Program-made: the position numbers and the translations under genes | Shown: positions 22,077 through 31,554 of the stretch, piece after piece | Layout of the letters: every line of letters begins with the position of its first letter | Position numbering within the stretch: position 1 is the first letter of the stretch | The notes under the pieces: model-generated | The model's input: the letters and a program-made list of their open reading frames with translations, nothing else | Databases searched by the model: none | Told to the model about the DNA's origin: nothing | Source: Rebecca billardiae RCC1528 | Lineage: Eukaryota > Protista > Haptophyta | NCBI GenBank assembly: GCA_965240325.2 | Contig: OZ251228.1 | Location: forward strand, 2,170,001-2,234,000 | Direction of reading: 5' to 3' | Length of the DNA: 64,000 bases

Positions 22077-22172
22077 AGATCCGATATGTGCTGATGATTC
22101 GGATGCTGCGCGTGACAAAGTGCGCAATTATTCCGCAATAAAATTTACTGTAACAAAGCGCCTCGCCAACTA

Positions 22173-22174
<2 letters not shown>

Positions 22175-22260
<86 letters not shown>
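22175..22260. repeat. (GA)n microsatellite between units 2 and 3
   Basis: Seen directly. Confidence 0.95.
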
Positions 22261-22263
<3 letters not shown>

Positions 22264-22308
22264 CCGCCGCTATAACGCCACATATAGCAGTCGTTATAAC
22301 GATTAAGG

Positions 22309-23727
22309 TCACCGCCCCCGCCACGGCCACAGCCAACTACCACCAGAAAAGAGCGCAGCGAGGCCTGATGTGGTACTCTGCTGCGCGGTACCAGGGCTTC
22401 CCACGGCCGAGGCTGAGCTCCGTGGGCTGTTGATGGGCGCGCGCTGAGCCATGCGCATGGGTGCGACGGCAGCTGCCTTCGATGCCGTTGTCGCTTTCGC
22501 TGGCTTCGCCACCTTGGCCGCTGGAGCCTCAGCTGGCGTCGCCGCAGCGTCAGCAGCAGCTCCATCGGCTGCGCGGCGGCAGCCAGCGCGTGCAGAGGCA
22601 TTGGAGGACTTGCGGTACAGTGCCGCCCACGCCGCGTCCATGTTGCTCCAGCTGCGCGTGCCAAGCATCGCCTCGCGCACCGCCGCGACCGTCGCCGAGA
22701 GCGTCGACGGCGGCGTGCCGAGGAACAGGCGCGAGCGGATGAGAAGCAGCATGTCTACGAGGACGGACGGCGGGGCTGCGCTCGGGCGCGGCACGAGCGA
22801 GGAAGGGAGGAGCACGTTGAAGCGCTGCTTGAGCCGCGCGATGGTCGGCGAGCTCGCCGGGAAGTCGTGCGGGTCGTGCGCGAGCACGAGAGGCGTGCTG
22901 GGCGGCAGCGCCGCGCGCTCCAGCCACCCCTGCACGTACTCGGTGCTCAGCTGGCACACGTCTGCCGGGCGCCAGATGGGCTCGCGCGTGGGATAGATGA
23001 GGTGCGAGACGTCGGCGCTGCCGCACGCCTCGCCGAGCGGGAGGACGAGCCGCTCGACGCACGCCTTCTCCACCCAGCGCAGGTGCGCGCCCACGTAAGC
23101 GGCGCGACCGCCCTGCAGGTGGCGCTCGATGAAGCTGTCCACGGCTGCGCGCAGCGCGCGCGACGGGCGCAGCAGCAGCTGCGCGCTCAGCGTGCCGAAG
23201 AAGAGCTCGGAGGCGGGCGTGCGCGCGTAGAACAGCCGCTTCGTCTCGAGGCGCACGATTCGTCGCCCCTCCCTTTCGAGCCGCGCCTCATCGCTCGCGT
23301 CGGCGACGCAGAGCCAGCTGTCGAAAGCGCCGCGATAGTCGAGGTGCTCACCAAAGTGATGGGTGAAGGCCCTGGGCAGGAGCATGCGCGCGTCCTCGCC
23401 CGCGTCGGCTCGTGTGGCCACGAAGGCGGCAAGGCTGCTCAACTCGCTGAGGAAGTTGTTCAGCCGCCCGTACGCCTCGCGAAAAGTATAGTATGTCGCG
23501 TTGCGGCCGCTGCAGCTCACGACCGCCGCTCCGATGGCCGGCGGCTCACCGAACGGCTGATACCATCCGCGCACGAGCCGCGGCGGATCCCACGCGAAAG
23601 GGTGCTCGGGGACCTCAAGCGTCGGCACCACGCCGGGCCTGGCGTCGATGCTGCGGCTGTCGAGCGCCGTGCCAAGCATCAAGCTCGCCATGGTGACAAG
23701 CGCGGCGCGATGAGCAGCGGCAGCCAT
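22309..23727 (-). CDS. O-fucosyltransferase-like glycosyltransferase (copy 3)
   Basis: Near-identical to copies 1 and 2. Confidence 0.75.
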   Translation of the reverse strand: MAAAAHRAALVTMASLMLGTALDSRSIDARPGVVPTLEVPEHPFAWDPPRLVRGWYQPFGEPPAIGAAVVSCSGRNATYYTFREAYGRLNNFLSELSSLAAFVATRADAGEDARMLLPRAFTHHFGEHLDYRGAFDSWLCVADASDEARLEREGRRIVRLETKRLFYARTPASELFFGTLSAQLLLRPSRALRAAVDSFIERHLQGGRAAYVGAHLRWVEKACVERLVLPLGEACGSADVSHLIYPTREPIWRPADVCQLSTEYVQGWLERAALPPSTPLVLAHDPHDFPASSPTIARLKQRFNVLLPSSLVPRPSAAPPSVLVDMLLLIRSRLFLGTPPSTLSATVAAVREAMLGTRSWSNMDAAWAALYRKSSNASARAGCRRAADGAAADAAATPAEAPAAKVAKPAKATTASKAAAVAPMRMAQRAPINSPRSSASAVGSPGTAQQSTTSGLAALFSGGSWLWPWRGR

Positions 23728-23855
23728 GCTGCCTCGCGGACATAAAGTAATCCTCAATCCCAGGCGCGCGGCACACCGAAGCCGCAACTGGAGGGCTGCC
23801 GTCGTCGATCGGCGACGCGCGCGCCAGCCGGTGCTCCGCGCACAAGCTGGCCGGG

Positions 23856-25430
23856 ATGGTCGACATGAAGAGCCCCAAGTGTGATCACGCGGGCTGCACC
23901 ACGCGGCCTTTGTTCGGCATGCCGGGCGACTCGCGCGCCAGCCGGTGCGCTACGCACAAGCTGGCCGGCATGGTCGACGTGAAGAGCCGCAAGTGTGATC
24001 ACACCGGCTGCACCAAGGTGCCTGCGTTCGGCATGCCGGGTGACTCGCGCGCCAGCCGGTGTGCTGAGCACAAGCTGGCCGGCATGGTCGACGCGAGGCA
24101 CCCCAAGTGTGATCACGCGGGCTGCACCACGCAGCCTTCGTTCGGCATGCCGGGCGACGCGCGCGGCAGCCGGTGCGCCACGCACAAGCTGGCCGGCATG
24201 GTCGACTTGGTGCACCGCACGTGCGATCACGCGGGCTGCACCAAGCAGCCTTCGTTCGGCATGCCGGGCGACGCGCGCGCCAGCCGGTGCGCTACGCACA
24301 AGCTGGCCGGCATGGTCGACATGAAGAACCCCAAGTGTGATCACACGGGCTGCACCAAGGGGCCTTCGTACGGCATGCCGGGCGACGCGCGCGCCAGCCG
24401 GTGCGCCACGCACAAGCTGGCCGGCATGGTCAACGTGGTGAGCCCCAAGTGTGGTCACACCGGCTGCACCAAGGGGCCTTCATTCGGCATGCCGGGCGAC
24501 GCGCGCGGCAGCCGGTGCGCTACGCACAAGCTGGCCGGAATGGTCGACGTGAAGAGCCCCAAGTGTGGTCACACCGGCTGCACCAAGGGGCCTTCATTCG
24601 GCATGCCGGGCGACGCGCGCGGCAGCCGGTGCGCTACGCACAAGCTGGCCGGAATGGTCGACGTGAAGAGCCTCAAGTGTGATCACACCGGCTGCACCAA
24701 GCGGCCTTCGTTCGGCATGCCGGGTGACGCGCGCGCCAGCCGGTGCGGTACGCACAAGCTGGCCGGTATGGTCGACGTGAAGAACCCCAAGTGTGACCAC
24801 GCGGGCTGCACCAAGGGGCCTTCGTTCGGCATGCCGGGTGACGCGCGCGCCAGCCGGTGCGGTACGCACAAGCTGGCCGGCATGGTCGACATGAAGAACC
24901 CCAAGTGTGATCACGCGGGCTGCACCAAGGGGCCTTCATTCGGCATGCCGGGTGACACGCGCGTCAGCCGGTGCGCTGAACACAAGCTGGCCGGCATGGT
25001 TAACACTCGGCTTGCCGTCCCCAAGCGCAGGCTGGAGCATGGCACCGGCGACCAGGGCACGCGCGCAGCGAAGCGACAGCACAAAACCACAAGCTGCGTT
25101 GCCGCTGTTTTGGACGCCGCGCCGCAGCTTTCCCCACCGCCGCCGCTGGTCGCTGTCAGCATCGTCCGCTGGCGCTCGCCAGATGGCACGATCCGTTCGG
25201 TTGACGACGGGGTGGTCAATGATGGTGCCTGGGCCCTGGACGAGCGGCACCTGTCCGCCTTGCCCGGCAACGCAGGTGACGACGCAGTCCGGGCTGCCCA
25301 TGGCAGCTACGACCAGGGTCTACCAGCACTACCGTCATCATCGATGGCGGCTGGAGCAGCACCGCGGCAGCAACCACAGGACATACCTGTGGTGATGGCC
25401 AGGAGGGTGGTCCGCGACGGTGCAGGCTGA
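23856..25430 (+). CDS. EsV-1-7 repeat protein (copy 3, 10 repeats in a different order)
   Basis: 114-bp repeats 23856-24995; same C-terminus. Confidence 0.85.
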   Translation: MVDMKSPKCDHAGCTTRPLFGMPGDSRASRCATHKLAGMVDVKSRKCDHTGCTKVPAFGMPGDSRASRCAEHKLAGMVDARHPKCDHAGCTTQPSFGMPGDARGSRCATHKLAGMVDLVHRTCDHAGCTKQPSFGMPGDARASRCATHKLAGMVDMKNPKCDHTGCTKGPSYGMPGDARASRCATHKLAGMVNVVSPKCGHTGCTKGPSFGMPGDARGSRCATHKLAGMVDVKSPKCGHTGCTKGPSFGMPGDARGSRCATHKLAGMVDVKSLKCDHTGCTKRPSFGMPGDARASRCGTHKLAGMVDVKNPKCDHAGCTKGPSFGMPGDARASRCGTHKLAGMVDMKNPKCDHAGCTKGPSFGMPGDTRVSRCAEHKLAGMVNTRLAVPKRRLEHGTGDQGTRAAKRQHKTTSCVAAVLDAAPQLSPPPPLVAVSIVRWRSPDGTIRSVDDGVVNDGAWALDERHLSALPGNAGDDAVRAAHGSYDQGLPALPSSSMAAGAAPRQQPQDIPVVMARRVVRDGAG

Positions 25431-26027
25431 TGAAGCCGTAAAGCGTGGCTCGTCGTGATGATCTCCCAACGATCATCACGACGAGCTTTCGTTCGAGCGA
25501 GCGCTGGCATCGGGCCGCCGATTCCGAGACGCCACCGGGCACGGCAGAAGTTCTTCACCGCGCTCGACTTCACGCCCCTGTTCCGCTCATGTCGACCGGC
25601 GCCCCTCCACTCACGGCCGGCAGGGGCTGGCCCACCAAGCTGCTCAAGACCTTCATCGTCACTAACTCTTACTGGGACCTGCCAGCCGCACATCGGCACG
25701 CTCTGCAAGCAGCTGGCCTTCCCGGAGGCGTGCGCGATGGCGCAGAAGCACGGGCCCAACACGGTGCATCTCGACGTGGACTTACTGCTCGAGCACGGGC
25801 CTGACCCCTGACGCGGTAGTCGCGCTGCTCGCGTGCAGCACTGCCTCCAGCCCGGGCGGCTGGCGCTTCCCCCCGTGCCACCTACGGCACCACCTCTCCG
25901 ACGCCTGACGCCTGTGCAGAGGCTTGGATCCGATTTGTGCTGATGATTCGGATATGCTGCGCGCAAAGTCGTGCGCAATTCCGCCCGGCAATAAAATTTT
26001 CTATAACAAAGCGCCTCGCCAACTAAG

Positions 26028-26045
26028 GAGAGTGAGAGAGAATGA

Positions 26046-26121
<76 letters not shown>
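26028..26121. repeat. (GA)n microsatellite closing the array
   Basis: Seen directly. Confidence 0.95.
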
Positions 26122-26123
<2 letters not shown>

Positions 26124-26124
26124 A

Positions 26125-26440
26125 TATATATGACCGCGTTCCGCGGTCCTTTTCTGCATCATAGAATCAACGCAGTTGGGGGCCCGCGGTGGCCGTGCAA
26201 TCGCGGCTCTCCGCCGTGGCAGTTCGCCAGTTGAAGTACGGTTCTGAGTCCGACCGTTGATGCATCATGTGTTTGTGACTGATCAGCTCGGATCCGACCC
26301 GTCCGCGATCGTGCCGAGTGAGTCGTGCCGCGGAGCTCGGAGTACTGAAGGAGTCGGGTGTGACAGCAGGGTGCTTTAGCGCTGCGGCTCGTGTCAGCCA
26401 ACGACCACAGACGTACTCTGGCCACTTGACCCGTTGCACG
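26125..26440 (+). repeat. Interspersed repeat module beginning TATATGACCGCGTTCCGCGGTCCTTTTC (other copies ~27683-28100 on +, ~38641-38745 on -)
   Basis: Aligned by eye: ..CCGCGTTCCGCGGTCCTTTT..AGAATCAACGCAGTTGGGGGCCCGCGGTGGC..CAGTTG. Confidence 0.7.
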
Positions 26441-27301
26441 GGTGAGTGACCGTACGCCCTCAGCAGGCCATAGACACCAATCCAATCCGCTCGTCGTCAG
26501 GTGGCGCCGTTGCTGAGATCGAGCTGCAAAACCCTCAGCAGGTGGGCAAGTGAGTGAAGGAAACTGGGGGAGGACTGTCGCAGCGCGCGCCGCGGTGGGA
26601 AGAGTCAAGAGATCGAAGACTTGCCTCGCATCTGCAGCTCTGGCAGCGTTCCCTCTCGCGGCGGTGGAAGCCGACGACGAGGAGGATTCTGACGACGCAA
26701 TTGTCGACGACTGCTGGGAAGCCGCTGCGGTGAGACTGTGCCGTGTGCACAGCTGCTGAAATGGTACTGAAATGCTACTGCGCGCGCCGCGCGACTCGGG
26801 GTGATGGAGAGCGGATGGCGACAGCAGCAGCAGTCCTCATGAAGACGATGAAGCTGGCGGCACGGGTGCACGAGGTGGCAGGCGAAAGCGCGCAGACGAG
26901 ACCGTATTGGACACACCTGAGCCGCACGCGCGTGCCTGGCGCCGAGCGCGAGCCGCTGCAAACGCAACATGATGAACTCAGCAACTAGCTACCGCGCGCG
27001 CCACGACGGCGCGGCACTAGCTGATGCAGGCCGTACTGCCGTCACTGCTTCTGCGATCATGCGCCACGGTCGCAGCTGACTGCGTGAGCAGCAAGCGGGA
27101 GGCGGGTCCGGAGGCACGTGCAGGCGCGCTCGCAGCCAGGGGTTGGTCCCCGATCCGCCATCGTGCGGGGCCACGTGACTCACCTCCGATCCGGATGAGT
27201 GGCCCAGTCCGGACGTCACGCGATCCGGGACGACGAATACGGTTCGCTCGTAACGAACCGTTACGCTAAAGTCACGGCCGGCTCACGTCCAGATCGCGCT
27301 T

Positions 27302-28482
27302 GACTCATTCTATGATTTAACGACACAGGTAGGACGACGCGGGTCTCCTGATTCGTCGGCGGCAGTCAGCCCGATCGTCGACACGAAGTCGGCGAGTTGG
27401 TGAATGGTGGCAGAGCATAGCCTGCACCGCGATCGTAAAGCTTGAGCGCAGTAGGGAATATCGTGGGCGCGTCCATTACTCGCCGAATGAACGTCTCTAT
27501 GCGGTCTCAAAAAATCGAAACTCGGTCTCCCCCTCCCTGAAAATCGCCCCAGCCCCGTCCCTTTTTTCTTGATCACTGAAAGATCTTTTTGAAACGTGGT
27601 TAGGGCCCGCACTGCGGGCTCCACGCTGCGCGCTCCGCCCTGCACCGCGGGCCATAAGCTAATTTTGCTAATAATGTCATCAGCCGCGTTCCGACGCGGT
27701 CGTCCTTTTATTGATGAGTCAGAGTGCTTATCCGTAACTATATAGAATCAACGCAGCGCTATATATATATAGTTGGGGGCCCTGACAGTGGCGGTCTCTC
27801 TGACTCTCACTCTCTCCGTCGCAGTTGAAGTACTCCTCACGATGTTCGTTTGCCTGCCCGGTGCCCCGGTCAGCCGGGACTCCGCACGGTCGAATGTCAC
27901 TTGATCGATATCATCCGATCAGCATTCAGCTGAACCGACGGCGACAGCAGTCGCGTGAGTCGACTACAGAGTACAGACGAGTACAGTACACCTACGGCTA
28001 CGGTCGTGCCGCGTCACAGGCTGCTGACTTGAAAGGAGACGGCCTGACGGGTGCGTGACAGCAAGGAGCTTATTTAGCGCTGCGGCCGATAGGTTGCACG
28101 CGGAAAAACCGGTCTTAATTAAATCGGACCGGCCGCCCGCGCCCTCGACTGAGCCTACTGACGTAACTTACTACTTAGTCACTGCGGGAGTGTTAGTGTT
28201 ACAGTACGTTCTAATCATTCACAAATCACAGAGTGGTCTTAGGCTCCGGCTCCGGTCCACCCCCCCAGCTCCATTGACCATTAATTACATCTTGGCCTTG
28301 GGCCCCCCGAGCCGAAGTCCGAACCAAGCATAGCGGACCATGCAGCAGTGAGCAGAGTCCCTTCCGACCCGCCCGATTGATGACTTCAACTTAACTATCG
28401 AGAAATGTGTTAATGTCGCATCCGACCGGCTTCGGCCGCCCGCGTCACGTCCTACCTGTGTCGTTAAATCATAGAATGAGTC
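27302..28482. mobile_element. 1.18-kb non-autonomous TIR element
   Basis: Perfect 35-bp inverted termini GACTCATTCTATGATTTAACGACACAGGTAGGACG / CGTCCTACCTGTGTCGTTAAATCATAGAATGAGTC; no transposase ORF; no clear TSD. Confidence 0.85.
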
Positions 28483-28680
28483 TGATCACCCGGAGCCCGT
28501 TATAAAGGGGAATTTAGACCTCCCAATAGGTTCAGACTCTATGGCGGGCCGTAGGTCCGCCCCTTGTAGTGCCCGGGAAAAAGAAAAGAAAAGAAAAGAA
28601 AAAGAAACTCGCCTCGCAAAGAAAAGAAAATCGCCTCGCTCGGCTACCGGGCGCCCTCGCAGCTCCCACTACTCGGACTC

Positions 28681-28725
28681 GACACAGGTAGGACGACGCG
28701 GGTCTCCTGATTCGTCGGCGGCAGT
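28681..28725 (+). repeat. Partial copy of the same element end
   Basis: GACACAGGTAGGACGACGCGGGTCTCCTGATTCGTCGGCGGCAGT matches 27322-27366. Confidence 0.8.
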
Positions 28726-29957
28726 GCCTACTCGGACTGGGGACGCTCGGCCCGAAAAAGGGTCCCGGATGGCGCGGAGCGCGTGGGCGCCGCGCGCCAG
28801 ATCCAACGCCGGCACGGACATCGTGAGAGGACTCCCGAGGGTTTTTTCCGCCCGATTCGCGATTGCTGCCCTCGTCGTCTCGCGTGCAGGTCGAACGGGG
28901 GCCAAAGTCGACGCGTTTGGAGGTACTGTCGCGACAGCTCCTCGTGCCGCCGAGCACGCAAGGCGCCATACCTGTCGAAGAGGCGAAGAGCGACGACCGC
29001 GTGAACGTCAACGCGCTCGTGCTCAGCGTGGCGGCCGTGTACGATGTCAACGCGACCTGCGCCGAGCCCATCATGCCCGGAGCGGACATCGGCAAGCGTC
29101 CTCGCGACGAGAGGCGCTCGATTACGCCATCGCGGTCGAGATGCGGCACATACAGACTTGCGCGGAGCAACGGGCTACCCGCCCCGCCCCGCGTGCTGCA
29201 CGTTCCCTCGTGGGTGTGGGCCTCACTGATGCGCACGGACGCGTAAAGCACGTGGTCCGAGAACTTCACAGGTGTCACGGGTCCGACTGTCCGTCAACCA
29301 TTGACGGCACGAGCGAATGGCTGTACGGGCTGGCGGTCTAACTGTTAGTGTTACTGTAGTCAGACTGCAGCTCCACACCAGCAAAACGACGCTTCGCGCG
29401 CACCCGGCGCGCCGACACAGCCTGCCCGGGAGAAGCCCGCCGGGGCTGACCTTGGGCGACAGCCATACATGCAGGCCAGCATGGGCGGCGGGGTGGCATC
29501 AGTGCCGGCCCCGCAGCCCGCAAACGCAAACAGCCGGACGCCCCGGCCCACGCAGCTGATGCGCCAGCAAACCCTGCTCCGGGCAACAGAACCCTGCCGC
29601 CGGCTTTGAGGCCGACACGCCACACTGGGGCACATATCACCTGAGGGCCAGGCCTTCTGTGTGATAAGCTACCCCAGTCATGCCGCTTGATACACGCCTT
29701 CCCCAACCGACAGTGGGGCTCTACATTCCCTACTACATCCTCATCCTGTCGGCGCGCTGTCGCATCGGCGCCCAGTCGGCGAGTTCGGACGACGACGTTT
29801 TGTGGACGACGGTGGGGCGAGGACGACGGGCGCTGGCACGCCGCGAGGCGGCCGCAGCCCTCGTACAGGCCTCGCAGGCGGACGGCTGAACGAATTTTTC
29901 CGGCGGCGCTACCATCGGCGACGGCTTCATGGGCGGTGACAGTTGGCGGGCGTCAAT

Positions 29958-30121
29958 CTCGCCTGCCTGAGCTGTGTGCGTCTCTTATTCTTATAGTAAA
30001 CTGTAACGCGCCCCTCACCTGCCTGCGCCGGTCTGTTTTGTGGCGGTGTCTTTGTGCAGTGTTGGATGGCGTCAATCACGCATTAACCAAGTGTGCACGT
30101 TAAAACATATAGTAAACTGTA
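29958..30121 (+). repeat. Two adjacent related element ends, each finishing ..TAGTAAACTGTA
   Basis: 29958-30005 matches 53335-53381 (reverse complement), 55457-55504 and 53210-53251; 30005-30121 matches 34382-34496. Confidence 0.8.
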
Positions 30122-30326
30122 GAAAGACGCGTCTGCTCAAAGTTACGGCGTCTTAATTAAGTGTACAACGGAGTCATCCGTCCGCGTTATAACGGTAAGT
30201 AAGCCGCCCGAATAATGCTCGGTCTCCGAGCCGGCAGCGCAGGCGCGGCCGATCGAGGATCTGAGAAAGCAGCCTGCTCGCTCACTCGAGCTGGGCAAGT
30301 GGGCAGCCGCCAAGAGGCGCGGCCGA

Positions 30327-31324
30327 TCATTTTCCCTTTGCTGGCGGCGCTGCCTCGAGCGCAGCAATCTTCTTAAGTAACCGCGCCTCCCTCTCCTGGT
30401 GCGCCGCATCCATCTCGCGCTGCAGCTTCGCCACCTCCACCTGGATTTTCCGCAGGATGACGTCTTTCATCTCCTCCGGCACGTCTAGCCCGAGATCCTC
30501 CGCGGCCGGGCTCGCCTCGGGCGCCGCCGCGGGCGCCTCCGCGACGCCTTCGGCCGGGTCCGCCGCTGGTGCCGGGACGACGACACGCGCTGGCACGGCC
30601 TCGGCGAGCGGCAGGAACGCGGGTGGGGCGGTCTCCGCGGGGTTCGAGCGCGACGTGAGCACGAGCACGTGACTCTGGGTGAAGCAGTACTGAAAGAGTT
30701 TGAAGTTCTGGTAGTATCTGCTCGCAGGCGCGTGCGGCGCGTGGCAGGGCAGCGCACACGTCACGCGCAGGCGGCGTGCGCACTGCGCGTGCGCGTGCGC
30801 TCGCACGCCGGGTCGCAGCACTCACGTGGTGTTCACGTAGTCGGTGACAAGTTCGATGTCCTTGTAGTTGAAGATCCCTACGCTGTACGGTGGCCGCTGC
30901 ACGGCGTGCGTGAGCAGCAGCTGCTGGAAGTACTGCAGGCTCTGCTCGATCGAGAGGTAGCCGCGCACCATCTCCTCGTGGTTCGCCTTGAGGATCGAGA
31001 AGAGCGCGGAGGTCTTCTCGACTGTGAACTTGCTCTCGGCGGCAAAGCGCAGCGTGTTCAAGTAGAACTCGAGCAGGACGCGCTCCTTTGGCACGGGCTC
31101 CGCCGCAAACCCCATGATCTCGGCGAGGTGCCTGCGCCGAACGCACGCACCGGGCACCGCGCGGCGAGTGGGATGATCACGAGCGCGCGGGCTGACGCCT
31201 ACTAGTCGGGCGCATGGCCATGGACACCCCAGGCATACCTTCGGGCCTCGTCAACGTCCCGCGCCTCCTGGAGGAGCGCGACATCCTCCGCGGATAGGTC
31301 TGCCCAGAGCAAAGAGTTCGCCAT
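30327..31324 (-). CDS. CFAP119: Cilia/flagella-associated protein 119-like (CLAMP/C1a-32 domain); exons 31324-31239, 31131-30826, 30717-30327
   Basis: FTVEKTSALFSI..FQQLLLTHAVQRPPYSVGIF..YVNTTYYQNFKLFQYCF; two GT-AG introns join the frames. Confidence 0.85.
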
Positions 31325-31554
31325 GGCGGCCGCAGGAAACGTTCGCCCGATGGCGGCGGCTGCTTGCCGAGGAGCATTGACGGAACACTCGAGCGCATCG
31401 AGGTTCCAGGCCGCCGGGCGCGCGCCGAACACCGCGCGAGGCCAAAGGCCGACGGGTTGCTCGTGCTGCTTCAGAGGCTCGGCTCTGGCGCCGCTCGCCA
31501 CCGCACGGCGCTCAACATCTCGACGTCGCGCGTAGCGGCGCCCCCCGCGGCGCC

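Larger units (their letters stand above)
13905..26027. repeat. Tandem triplication of a ~3.8-4.2 kb cassette (units 13905-18063, 18131-22174, 22262-26027) separated by (GA)n
   Basis: Each unit begins CGCCGCCGCTATAACG and ends GCGCCTCGCCAACTAAG followed by (GA)n; same gene content. Confidence 0.97.

Noticed and set aside
15501-24995. 114-bp repeats as a CRISPR array
   Set aside because: They are contiguous in-frame coding repeats with no unique spacers and no cas genes, in a eukaryotic context
13905-26027. Endogenous giant virus insertion
   Set aside because: No NCLDV core genes are visible; an EsV-1-7 domain alone is insufficient
26440-27270. Short ORFs in degenerate intergenic sequence (also 37450-38640, 43250-43930, 49750-50900)
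   Set aside because: No recognisable motifs, and they are interrupted; probably TE relics
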